A stretch of 64,000 nt of DNA from Octopus bimaculoides (lineage: Eukaryota): NCBI RefSeq assembly GCF_001194135.2, contig NC_068982.1, positions 163,791,886-163,855,885 on the forward strand, given 5' to 3'. The notes under the pieces are model-generated. The model was not told where the DNA came from. It made no database searches and saw nothing but the letters and a program-made list of their open reading frames with translations. Shown here one piece after another: positions 36,765-48,990 of this stretch. The position numbers and the translations under genes are program-made. The number at the start of each line of letters is the position of its first letter. Within the stretch, counting starts at the first letter, position 1.

Positions 36765-37575
36765 ATGATGGCTGCGCCCTTGCTATCAAGTATGGCCATT
36801 GCACGAGGCTTAACTGTTAACGGTGCTGTGATTGAACATGACTTTTTAGCCCAGCTAAAGATCTACAATGGCTTGTACAGAATTGGCAGCTAAAACCTTT
36901 ACCAGCAATAGACAGCTGTAGTTGTAACTGGGCTTCATGTACCTTTGCATGTCATTTAAGTCCTCCCACTGAATTACACTCCATTCCATATGCCTGACAG
37001 ATATGATTAGTATGGTGTGTAGCACCACCATCATTGGCCTGGTTGTCAATCATCGGTCTCGCTTTATGACTACGAAGATGACTCTTGAATCAAGCTTTAC
37101 TGAGGCAGGGTCTTGCACAGACACTGCATGTCAGTATCATAGGATGACCCTTACCATCTGGAAGTGCAACAGCGATGTCCTTCCTGACATCCCTCCTTAC
37201 TTTCTCATGTGCAACTTGAAATTCCTCAGAAGTAGCTGTCCCCTCATACACAGCCAATGAATCATCTATATGTTCATCATTTTCTTTAAACTAATCTTGA
37301 TGTTTTCTTTGTATCAATCCTAGAACTTTCCTGACATTTTAAGGGTCAGCCAATCCTCCCCAGTATCTGCAACATTCATTTACTTTCGTAAAGTTCTCTT
37401 CACACTATTACACCTAAGATGATCAACATTCAATCTTTTAGACAGGGTAATATCTGCAGCCCAGATTTTACGTTTTGTGATTAATTTCGCTTTTGCATGT
37501 AATAGGTGGTGGTCACTCCAATACTCAGCCCCAAGAAGTACACGAACACACTGCACATCTCGTCTGTCACCCATA
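36765..37575 (-). mobile_element. RTE-clade LINE relic: endonuclease end and linker joined to a C-terminal triple C2H2 array; RT absent
   Basis: APE end RRDVQCVRVLLGAEYWSDHHLL; linker VLG...RKHQD*FKENDEHI; then AVYEGTA...KVRRDVRK and three C-x2-C-x12-H fingers; RTE-like tail ATGGCCATACTTGATAGCAAGGGCGCAGCCATCAT. Confidence 0.8.
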
Positions 37576-38064
37576 ACAAGTATGTGTATTTATACACCCT
37601 ATACATGCACACACAAACATATACATACATGCATACATACATACATACATACATACATACATACATGCACACACACACACACACACACATCATTTATAGT
37701 CATCCTTATTATAATATCATCATTTAAGCGTTACACTTTATCATGCTTTCAGAAACGCGTGCATGCATGTGCTGACTCACATGTATAAACATTAACAAGC
37801 ACAATACATAATTATAGTCGTGTTATATGTGTAGATAAGCAACCATATAATTAAATGTTTTATTGCATGTGTCTGAATGGATATCTGTGATCTTCAGTGA
37901 ATGAGTTATAACCAAAAGTAGAAATGTTGGAGAAGTGTTGATTTATGTGAGTTGTGATGTCATCCAAATGTGGATATATATGTCTGTCACCTTGTGAAAA
38001 GTTCTACATACTATTACGCCTACACGTCCATAAAAGCACAGCTATATATTTGTCCGTCTGTCAG

Positions 38065-38103
<39 letters not shown>

Positions 38104-38720
38104 NNNNNNNNNNNNNNNNNNNNNNNNNNNNNNNNNNNNNNNNNNNNNNNNNNNNNNNNNNNNNNNNNNNNNNNNNNNNNNNNNNNNNNNNNNNNNNNNN
38201 NNNNNNNNNNNNNNNNNNNNNNNNNNNNNNNNNNNNNNNNNNNNNNNNNNNNNNNNNNNNNNNNNNNNNNNNNNNNNNNNNNNNNNNNNNNNNNNNNNNN
38301 NNNNNNNNNNNNNNNNNNNNNNNNNNNNNNNNNNNNNNNNNNNNNNNNNNNNNNNNNNNNNNNNNNNNNNNNNNNNNNNNNNNNNNNNNNNNNNNNNNNN
38401 NNNNNNNNNNNNNNNNNNNNNNNNNNNNNNNNNNNNNNNNNNNNNNNNNNNNNNNNNNNNNNNNNNNNNNNNNNNNNNNNNNNNNNNNNNNNNNNNNNNN
38501 NNNNNNNNNNNNNNNNNNNNNNNNNNNNNNNNNNNNNNNNNNNNNNNNNNNNNNNNNNNNNNNNNNNNNNNNNNNNNNNNNNNNNNNNNNNNNNNNNNNN
38601 NNNNNNNNNNNNNNNNNNNNNNNNNNNNNNNNNNNNNNNNNNNNNNNNNNNNNNNNNNNNNNNNNNNNNNNNNNNNNNNNNNNNNNNNNNNNNNNNNNNN
38701 NNNNNNNNNATATATATGTA

Positions 38721-38846
38721 TATATAAAAAATTTACTGAATGAGATAAAAATCCAAGGCTGTGAAAGATTTCAGAACATTTATAAATGTTCTGAAATCTT
38801 TCACAGCCTTGGATTTTTATCTCATTCTGTAATTTTTTTTATATAT
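38721..38846. repeat. Zero-spacer palindrome, perfect over 90 bp (38738-38827)
   Basis: GAATGAGATAAAAATCCAAGGCTGTGAAAGATTTCAGAACATTTA|TAAATGTTCTGAAATCTTTCACAGCCTTGGATTTTTATCTCATTC; centre between 38782 and 38783. Confidence 0.97.
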
Positions 38847-38949
38847 GCACATGCTGATATATGACCTATGTTGGACTCCTCATATACTTTTAATTTCGTG
38901 CATGCGCATTGTTTGTTTTTGATTTTGTCAACTACACAATATAGTAGGG

Positions 38950-39640
38950 TCAGTTGGACACTGTCTGTAAGAAAAAACAGCACTATGATGCAATTTACTC
39001 TGTCAGAAATTTGGAAACGTCGTACTATACTGCTTGGCATTCATGCTGGAAGCTCCAATATGAACATTTCAGAGTGTTTTGGTATCAATCTGAGGACAGT
39101 GCAATCTGAGGACATGTATCGAGAGTGATAAAAATCAAACATCCAGTCAACATCATAGTATTTGGAGTGATCACTAGTGATGGCGACGTTATGCCTCCAT
39201 TTATCTTCACACACGGCCTCCGACTCAACACGGAAGCCTACATCAAGTATCTCTAGGAGGTACTGCTGCCCTGGGTCAAGAGTATGGCTGCTGAAAGACA
39301 ACAGGACTCTGGCAACAGGACTCTGGCAACAGGACTCTGGCAACAGGACTCTGCATTATGCCACACAAGCAGGAGAACCCAGTCATGGCTGTCAGACAAT
39401 TCCTGCGAATACATTTCCCCTAACATCTGGCCACTTAACTCCTCAGACTGCAACCTCCTTGATTATTATGTGTGTGGCGCAGTTGAACGAGAGACCAACA
39501 AATCTCTTTGTAATACCAAAGATGAACTGAACGCAAGGATTATGACAGCATTCACCAACTTAAACAAGTTGTAGGTGATTCTGAAGTTGTCTGACGGCTG
39601 TGGTCGAAACCAATGGCGATTTTATTGAATAAATTTACTG
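38950..39640 (+). mobile_element. Decayed, internally deleted DD37D (maT) family transposon
   Basis: KHPVNIIVFGVITSDGDVMPPFIF...QQDSALCH...WPLNSSDCNLLDY has 37 residues between the QQD Asp and the LDY Asp; N-terminal segment at 38985-39105. TIRs not located. Confidence 0.85.
39299..39353. repeat. 14-bp tandem repeat x3.9 (CAACAGGACTCTGG) duplicating the QQDS codons
   Basis: Units start at 39299, 39313, 39327 and 39341. Confidence 0.97.
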
Positions 39641-40066
39641 TTTGAGTTATGTCATACTGAAGACAGTAAAGGGTAATACATCCCTGAACTAGAAATCGAT
39701 CTATGGCTAAATCTTTATTAAAAAAAACTCTTTTGTTCATTTCCCTCACTTTCAGCCTGTGTCTATGTGATGAATAAGGTAGTTTTAGAGCCATTTGGAG
39801 TCTACTTCTAGCTTGTGACACCACTCAGTAGTTGCCCTTATTATAATTATATTTATAAAATTAAATATTTTGTATTAATTTTTACCCAAATAGTTTATTA
39901 ATTGCTAGCTACTTGATAAAATCCTATACAGATTTTATCCTTGATTATAATGACACACACACTCACACACGCGAATATATGTATATATGTACACATGCAT
40001 AATGTGATTATGTAACTATATGTGTATATGTATGTATATATATATGTATATGTATATATATGTATA

Positions 40067-40098
<32 letters not shown>

Positions 40099-40212
40099 CA
40101 CATATATATGTACGTACATACATGCATACATACACACACATGTATATATATCTATACATATATATATACATATATACACATATATATACACATACATACA
40201 TACATACATACA

Positions 40213-40242
<30 letters not shown>

Positions 40243-40245
<3 letters not shown>

Positions 40246-41606
40246 CAGGTCATCCCATAAGTTCTATCTGAATTTTGAATAAAGAAAATAAGTGATCAAA
40301 TGTTATATTTAATTGAAATTTAATCATCAATGTACATACCCTGAATCTCTATGACTTCCTTCCATCTATTTACAAGCTTTTTAATCCCATCAATGTAAAA
40401 CTCTTGGTTTTAAAGCGAAGAACTTTGAAATGTGAGTTTTGACCTCCTCCTGGCTTGCGAAAGTTATGTCCCTCAAATGATTCTGTAAACTACGAAACAA
40501 ATGGTAGTCTGAAGGAGCAAGGTCGGTAGAATAAAATGAATGAGGAATTTTTTTCCAAACCAAGCTCTTCGATCTTCTGTGATGTGATCTTTGCAGTGTG
40601 GGATCGTACATTGTCCTGATGAAACATCACTCCTTTTCGATTCACTAAAACGGGTCTTTCTTTTCTTCAAAACTTGGTTCAAACACTCTAATTGCTGACA
40701 GTAGACTTGAGCATTGATTGTTGCATTAGGTGGTAACAATTCAAAGTGAATTACTCCTTTGCAAACCCACCAGATAGAGAGAAGAACCTTTTTCCCATGA
40801 AGTTCCCTTCTCGGTTGTGGTTGAGCTTTTTCCCTTTTACCAAGCCACTGTTTATGACGTTTAACATTTCGATAGAAGATCCATTTTTCGTCACCAGTCA
40901 CAAGTCTATCCAAAAAGGGTGAAATAAGTTCACGAGAATGGAGAGAAGAGCAGATGTCAACTTGGGATTTGCGGTTGCTTTCGGACAATTCATGAGGCAC
41001 CCATTTTCCAAGTTTAGGAACCTTTCCAAGTTGTTGAAGATGATGATGAACAGTTGTATGGTTTGAACTAAGTTTTATTGCCAATTCTTCAACTGATAAT
41101 GCAGGATTTTCTTCAAGTAATGCCTCAAGGAGCTAATCAAACTTAACTGGACGTCCTGTTCGATCTTCATCTCCAAGGCTGAAATCTCCACTTCTGAATT
41201 TTGCAAACCATCTTCTGCAAGTTCTTTCATTCTAGCAGTCTTTACCATAAACTGAGTGTATGTTTCGAGTCGCTTCGGCTGCAGAGTTTCCTTTTTTGTA
41301 CTCATAAAGTATTATATGTCTCAAATGCTCTTGGATATTTCCATGTTAGAAATGGTTTTAATCAAAGAAGTTTTAATTCTATTATTCTGTAAAATAATAT
41401 TTAATTATTTCGTATGTGTATTTGGTGTGCGTGTGTTTATTACCGGCATAATGCCTCACCCAAGGTTTAATAATATTTAATTAGTTTAACTGTACACAAA
41501 TGCATAAAAGTAATTTTTTATTCCATTAGACATTCTAAAATACTATTAAATTTCAATCAATTTTAAAAAAGGTAAAATCGGACAGAACTTATGAGATGAC
41601 CTAATA
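40243..41606 (-). mobile_element. Full-length decayed mariner, probably cecropia (Hsmar1-like) subfamily
   Basis: TIRs TATCAGGTCATCCCATAAGTTCTATCTGAATTTT and reverse complement TATTAGGTCATCTCATAAGTTCTGTCCGATTTT, with TA flanks. Motifs GKWVPHEL, VTGDEKW and YSTDLAPSDYHLFRSL; frameshifted. Confidence 0.95.
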
Positions 41607-41609
41607 TAT

Positions 41610-42039
41610 ATATGGCCGCCGCCCATACAACACCTAATTCTCCTGAATTTCACCTGTTTGTGCCTCAAGGCTTTCACTCCACATGTCACCTCAACTTAAC
41701 TCGTCCTTATTAGTCAAAAGACACCTGTTGTTATTCTCCTGCTGCTTGTATTTGTAAACGTGTAATATTTTCTCCATTTTCTCGTTTTTTTTTGTCTATG
41801 TTGTTGTACACATTCACTTGCTTTCTTCCCAAAATTTCATGCTCTTAGCTTAGAATTGTGGGGCCAACCAACTTTGAACAGTCCCGAGTGTAACAGACCA
41901 AAACTGTAATAATAATTGGAAACTTGACTGATGAAGAGAAAGCCACGAATGATCCGTCCTGGTTTTTCCTGTCCATCTTTGTATCGTCTATCTGTCCCTA
42001 TGTTTTTATTGTCATCCGTTACGTTCTTATTCCATTTTG

Positions 42040-42045
<6 letters not shown>
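41610..42045 (+). mobile_element. Unclassified ~430-bp block between (TA)n runs; possible Penelope-like terminal repeat
   Basis: Distinct composition, bounded by TA runs; contains CTGATGA...CGAATGATCCGTC at 41928-41958. Confidence 0.3.
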
Positions 42046-42077
<32 letters not shown>

Positions 42078-42083
<6 letters not shown>

Positions 42084-42280
42084 TGTGGCCAAAAGTTTAG
42101 AAAATTAAAAAAAAAAAAAATTGTTATGCCAAATACGATTAGATTCAAATATACAATGTAGAGACATACTGTCCTAATAACTGATCCAATGGCCATTTAT
42201 ATATTAAATATAACTTCGGACATTTAATATAAAAATTCTAATTTTCAGCCCGATGTTCCAAACTTTTGGCCATGACTGTA
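42078..42280. mobile_element. Tc1-like MITE (about 203 bp)
   Basis: TIRs TGTAGTTGTGGCCAAAAGTTT and reverse complement TACAGTCATGGCCAAAAGTTT (17/21), Tc1-type TA-CAGT end. Confidence 0.8.
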
Positions 42281-42282
42281 TA

Positions 42283-43585
42283 TATGTGGGGCTACTCAAG
42301 AGAAACCAGAAATTTGCAATATTATTTCATTCACTAAGTTTTACAGGTTTACACTTTTATCTCCTTCAAAGTATTCTCCATTTGAAGCAATGCGTTGGTC
42401 CAGACACGATTTCCATTATTCAAAGCAGTCCTTGAACTTTTGCAATATGATGCATTTTAACACCTTCGTCGTTTTTTTCTTCACCTCTTCAATATCTGCA
42501 AAATGTTTTCCTTTAAGGGGGAACCAAGAAAGTCGCAGGGAGCAAGATCAGGGAAATTTAGATTGTAGGTAAGCGAGGTTATGCCATTTTGGGTCAAAAC
42601 TGTCTCACGCTCAAGGCAATGTGTGCAAGCGCATCATTGTGATGAAACTACCACTCTTCCACTTTGACACTGGTCGGGGCGTTTTTGTCTCACCGCATCT
42701 CATAAATGCTTCAAAACTTCCAAGTAAAATATCTTGTAAACAGTTTGACCAAAAGGAACAAATTCTGTAAGGACAATTCCTTTCGAATCGATGAAACAAA
42801 TCAGCGTCGTCTTGACATTTAACTTCACTTTAACGCACTTGTTTTTGGGTGTAGTGACATTGAATGCTTCCATTGATTGCTGCTTCGTTTCCAGATCGTA
42901 GCTGTAGCACCAGCTTTTGTCACCAGTGATGACCTTCGAAAAAAGGTTCAAATCAACTTCCAACTGTTCTTTCAGTTCACAACACACATTCAGTCATAAC
43001 TGCCTTTGATCATCCATGAGCAAGCGAGACACGAGTTTTGCTGCAACTCTTTTCATTTGCAACTCCTCGCTAAAAATCTGTTGGCAGGACCTCCAGGACA
43101 CACCAGTCATATTGACAAGTACGTCAATTGTTCGGCGAGAGTCCTCCATGATCAATTCATCAATTTTTGTGATGTTTCATTCATTCAGGAAGTCGATGAT
43201 TGCCCTAAACAAGATTGGTCTTCAGGTGACAAGTGACCATTCCTAAAATGTGGAAACCACTCATAAACTTGTGTTTGCTCATGGCAGCATCCTTGTAAGC
43301 TGTCTGAAGCATGACAACTGATTCAGCCACAGTTTTCCCCAGCAGAAAACAAAATTTCACGGAAGCATGCTGTTCCTTCGTTTCAGCCAACGCAAAAATC
43401 GATGAACAGGGAAGAAGCACTGCAAAAACAAACACGTGCCACGTGGCAGTACGACTTCACTCGACGCCACCGATTGGCAAACTGATATCCGAGAGTCGTA
43501 TTAAGTGACCTCTAGCAGTGGAAGCCTGAACTATAATAGGCTTATCCTAGAGATAACGTTTCCAGTTACTTTTGGGTACCCCCTC

Positions 43586-43588
<3 letters not shown>
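42283..43588 (-). mobile_element. Full-length decayed mariner
   Basis: TIRs 22/30 identical. KEQHASVKFCFLLGKTVAE, VITGDKSWC, degenerate HHDNA, PDLAPCDF and NGEYFEGD. Confidence 0.92.
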
Positions 43589-43622
<34 letters not shown>

Positions 43623-44796
43623 TGTATGTATGTATGTATGCATGCATATATGTATGCATGCATGCATGTATGTATATATGTATGCATGCATGTATGCTTG
43701 TATGTATGCTGTTCATGTTTAACCCTAGGCCAGTATTGACTGAGCAGACCATGATCAAAAGCATTCCATCTTTTTACCTATCTGCAGGAGATCCAAACGC
43801 ATATTATACATGTGTCCCCCCCTTTTTTAAAGACAAGTTGAAAGTTACTTGAAGAAAATATGACTACTATTTCTAGCAGGTAAATTGATTTCTTTTAGAT
43901 TACTTTGTTGTCTTGTATATATATATTTAATTAAAATATACAAATATATATCTGCTTACCTGTCTCATTCTATGTGTGAGTGTGTATGTGTGTGTGCATG
44001 CAAGTGAGAATGAGTCAGAAAGAAATTCAATTTTTATTTCATGACTGTTGAATTTGATAAAGATGATGAAAATGGAATGCAACAAACAGTGAGACACTGA
44101 TGCCATTTTGGAATGGACCTGTCTAATACATGCAAGCATGGAAAATTGGATGTGTTGATAATAGCAATGATGATAATGATATATANNNNNNNNNNNNNNN
44201 NNNNNNNNNNNNNNNNNNNNNNNNNNNNNNNNNNNNNNNNNNNNNNNNNNNNNNNNNNNNNNNNNNNNNNNNNNNNNNNTATATATATATATATATATAT
44301 ATGAATAAATACATACATACATACATGCATACAATATATATATATATATATATATAAATGGTTGTTTTTATGTTCAGTTATAATAAAAATAATTTTACAT
44401 TAAACTGATAGGTTACTTGATACTTTTGTAGAGTACATATATTTATATATATATGAGTATACACATATATACATATACATACATATATTTATATATTGCT
44501 AATGATGACATATGCATGCATACTTACAAACATACATACATACATACATACATACATGCATGCATACATACATACATACACACCTATCTATATCTGTCTA
44601 TATTCATATGTACACATATAAACATTTGTTAAGCAAGACAGGTCTCAGAAAGTTGTTTATAACTTTTTATTCTTCCAGTAGCATCAATGATTTTGATATT
44701 ATTACTGTTCTCGATTTTGAAAACAATGATGGTAACTGTTGATATGGATGATGTTGGATGTATTGCTGCCACCGTTGCTGCTCTTTCTGGTGGTGG

Positions 44797-44827
<31 letters not shown>

Positions 44828-45811
44828 ATGGATGCTGATGTTGTGGATACTGATGATGATGATGATAATGGCGTTTGTTAAAGTATTTATAATAATTACA
44901 GCAATGCATATCTAATAGCTATTTGCTGAGACAAAATGTGCTTTTACTAATCAGTAGGATTTCAGCTAGGAAAGAAAACAATTGTGGTGAAATCTATCTA
45001 AAGCTATGTTGTACTGTTTCAGAAAGCCTACGTTCATTAAGAACTATCTCTCCCAATGGCTTTCAGGAATAAATAAGACGCTATAGAAATAACACTTACA
45101 CTAGCTTCTCCTTACTTTTATATGCAATCACTGCAAATGGTTATCTCACTGGAGACGAAGAATGGATATTTTCTGATAGCCAGCTGACTTCATCTTCCTT
45201 TTCTCTCAAATGTTGTTCAAATATTAAATGAGTTCTTTATTGCAAGAATATAGGAACATAAACTAAGACAGTATATATGTATGTGGAGGGGAAAAACTTA
45301 AACAAAATCGTTATCTTATTCCATTACACTTTGGTATAGCTATTAAAGACCTTGGTGCTTTTCTTATGAGCAGAAATATTCAGGAAAATGCAAACAGTGT
45401 TCTGTAATGCTAGCGTATTATCTTCACTGTTAAGTATAAAGGCAGACAGGTAAATGAATATGAGTCATTGTGAGTGAATTCAGATATATTTTTATCTGCA
45501 GACATAATAGCTACAATTAACACAAACTTTTGGAAGAATGGATTGTCACAAAGTATTTATGGAGACTTGAAGGATGACAAAAGTGACTGGACAATGATAG
45601 TTCTTTACACAGGGAATAGATTAAATCCTTTAAAGGAAATATGGTAAACGTGGCTATTCTGTGTGCTCCTGGCTTATGTATGATAATCAAATATAATACT
45701 TCAGAATTGAATTCATTTCTTGCCTATCAATATGTGTGTGAGTGTATGAGTGAGTGTGTGTGTATGTGTCTGAGAGAGAGAGAGAGTGTGTGTGAGAGAC
45801 AGTGTGTATAG

Positions 45812-45882
<71 letters not shown>

Positions 45883-46427
45883 AATGGTGTTAGGGAGTTT
45901 CTGTTTATATTAATATTTCTATGTTGATGTACACAACACATATACATCTCTGTATTCATGTATGTTTTATATACTTATATGTATATATCTGTAAATACAC
46001 ACAGACACACATGCAAACAGTTTTTACATACATGTATGCTTATATACAAAAATCAGAAAGCAACTGGACATCTGCATGTTGAAAAATGGTGAGTTTAGTG
46101 AGTAAACTGTATAAGTAAATGAATTAGAACACAGTTACTGCAAACATGGAACAAAAGCAACTTGGAATTCATGACTTAGAAAAATGGATTAATTTCATAG
46201 CACTGGAAAACAGTCCTCTGAAATTAATGGCACAGTATGGGAAAAGCCTCAGACTCAGGTCTTATCCCAGGGTAAGTACAAGAATCTCACCATTGAACAC
46301 TAGAATCTCACCTTTTATCATTGACTGTTCATAACACTGAATGGAAAGAGAGTCAAGCAAACAATAATGAGCCCAAATAATCAACTATCGTTAGTTTTCA
46401 CATAAAATAATAAAAATTATTCAACTT

Positions 46428-46812
46428 ATAGGTGCAGGTATGGCTGTGTAGTAAGAAGCTTGTTTCCCAACCACATGGTTTCAGGTTCAGTCCCACTGCA
46501 TGTCTTCTACTATAGCCTTGGGCTTATGAGTGGATTTGGTAGACAAAAACTGAAAGAAGTTCGTTGTATGTTTGTGTGTTTGTGTGTGTGTGTGTGTGTG
46601 TGCGTGTTTGTTGTGTCTGTCCTCCACCACTACTTGACAACTGGTGTTGATGTGTTTACGTCCCCATAAGTTAGCTGTTTGGCAAAAGTGATTGATGAAA
46701 TAAGTACCAAGCTTAACAAAAATGAGCACTGGGGTCAATATATTTGACAAAAAAATCTTCAAGGAAGTGCCCCAGTGCGGCATCAGTCTAATGACTGAAA
46801 CAATTCAATGAT
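46428..46812 (+). mobile_element. SINE family A
   Basis: AGGTGCAGGTATGGCTGTGTAGTAAGAAG...CAGGTTCAGTCCCACTGC...(GT)n...CAGTCTAATGACTGAAACAA. Confidence 0.88.
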
Positions 46813-47029
46813 AAAATATAAAAACTAAAACTTATCTAAGATAAGAATTACCAGTCATGTGTTAAACATAGATTGAATTGCTCAATCTATTCTTATTGGG
46901 TCATCATCTCACCAGCAGTAGTATAAAACCTGAGCAAGCTAGAAGAAAGAAGAAAGTATAGAACTGAAGAGCAAAGCTGCTCATTTACAAAATAAATTGC
47001 CTTAGTGTGAGGTATGCAGTGTGGGCAGC

Positions 47030-47222
47030 CTGCATGAGATGTGCTTAGTGGCATTTAGTTTGTTAGTACGTTCTGAGTTCAAATTCTGCCGAGGTTGACT
47101 TTGCTTTTCATTCTTTCGGAATCGATAAATTAAGTACCAGTTGTGTACTGAGGTCGATCTAATCAACTGGTCCCCTCCCCCAAAATTTCTGGCACTGTGC
47201 CTATAATAGAAAAGATTACAAT
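47030..47222 (+). mobile_element. SINE family B
   Basis: GTTCTGAGTTCAAATTCTGCCGAGGTTGACTTTGCTTTTCATTCTTTCGGAATCGATAAATTAAGTACCAG...GAAAGATTA. Confidence 0.85.
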
Positions 47223-47349
47223 TAACGAAGATTTCACAACCCATCAGGAATCACTGCTGGGAGGCTTAAGATATTGGGCGGTGTGGGTTATGGTCTTGTT
47301 ACCCACATCGTAAATCAGGTAGTTCATGAAGGAGTCATACTCAATGATG

Positions 47350-48990
47350 GCTTTAGCATACCCAGAGTCAACTGCTACATGAGGAAAGGTGATACTTTAG
47401 ATAGAAATAACTACAGGGGTATCAAATTATTGGATCAGTTGATGAAAGTTACAGAGAAGGTCATAGCCCAAATAATTAGGGAGAGAGTTAGCCTAGACGA
47501 GATGCAGTTTGCTTTTGTGTCATGCAGAAGCACTACTGATGCTATATTTCTGGTAAGGCAGCTTCAGGAGAAATATCTAGCCAAAGATCAGTCCTCAGCC
47601 CCTTCTTATTCATTATAGTCCTCCAGGCAATAATAGAGGAATTCAAGACAGACTGCATCTGGGAGCTCCTGTATGCTGATGACCTTGCTCTAATAGCTGA
47701 GTCACTGCTAGAACTGGAGATGAAGTTTAGGGTGTGGAAGCAAGGTCTAAAATCGAAGGGCTTTAGGGTTAACCTAGCCAAAAGCAAAGTTTTAGTAAGT
47801 AGGAAGGCTGTCAAATCAACCTTCAGGTAGATGGCCCTGCTCGATCTGTAGAAAAGGCATGGGTAGAAACTCCATATGATGTACCTGGTGTAAGCTATGG
47901 ACACATAAAAGGTGCAGCAATATCAAAGGAAGGTTAACCAGGAAAATAGCTTTTGTGAGTGGCAGATGCTCTGGGGTAATAAACACTGAAGATGTACAGA
48001 AAACAGATTCCATCACAGGTCAGGAGGAGAAACTAGAAGTAGTTAATAGCTTCTGCTACCTAAGTGACCAAGTCTGTAGTGGGGACAGTTGTTCTGAGAG
48101 TGTAGCGACTAGAGAAAGAATAGCCTGGGCAAAATTCAGGCTATTCTGAACTTTGTTCCTACCTCTGCTGGCAACTAAGAGCTCCTACCTCTGTTGGCAA
48201 CTAAGGGCCTCTCGCTTAAGGAAGACTGTATGATGCATGTGTACGAACTGCCATGCTACATGGCTGTGAAACATGGGCCATGACTGCTAAGGACATGCGT
48301 AGGCTTGAAAGAAATGAAGCTAGTATGATCTGCTGGATGTGTATGTCAGTGTGCATACATGACAGAGTGTAAGCACCTTGAGAGAAATGTTGGACATTAG
48401 AAGCCTCAAATGTAGTGTGCAAGAGAGGCAACTGTGAAAGGGACCTGTGAAAGGGACCTGTGGAAGAGGTAGACCTAGAAAGACATGGGATGAGGTGGTG
48501 AAGCATGACCCTTGAACATTGGGCCTCACAGAGGCAATGACAGGAGACCGGTGCCTTTGGAGATATGCTGTGATTGAGAAGACTCAACAACTAAAGCGAG
48601 ATCGCAGTCATGCATTTCTGGCCCTGTTAAGAATACCCCTGATGCATTGGGCGAGATGATATGCTTGAGAAGACCAATTGAGTCAAGTAAAACCGATATT
48701 GTAGCTGGGGCCAGTTTTCCCTGATTGACTCCCATGCTGGTGGCATGTAAAAAGCACCATCTGAATGTGGTCAATGCCAAGTCCGCCTGACTGGCTCCCA
48801 TGCTGGTAGTACATAAAAAGCACCCACTACACTCTTGGAGTGCTTGGCATTAGGAAGGGCATCCAGCTGTAGAAACTTTGCCAAATCAGATTGGAGCTTG
48901 GTGCAGCCACTGGCTCTCCAGACCTCAGTCAAACCGTCCAGCCCATGCCAGCATGAAAAATGGATGTTAATCGGTGAAGATGATGATGAT
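47350..48990 (+). mobile_element. RTE LINE, 5'-truncated with internal deletions (RT, Cys-rich insert, C-terminus, UTR)
   Basis: KGDTLDRNNYRGIKLL, DEMQFAF..CRSTTDAIFLVRQLQEKY, WELLYADDLAL, Cys-rich segment, FCYLS, GRGRPRKTWDEVV, and the (GAT)n tail. Confidence 0.95.

Noticed and set aside
36817-37128. Triple C2H2 array as a host octopus-type ZNF gene
   Set aside because: No TGEKP linkers, two in-frame stops within the fingers, and it is flanked by RTE endonuclease/linker motifs and an RTE-like tail.
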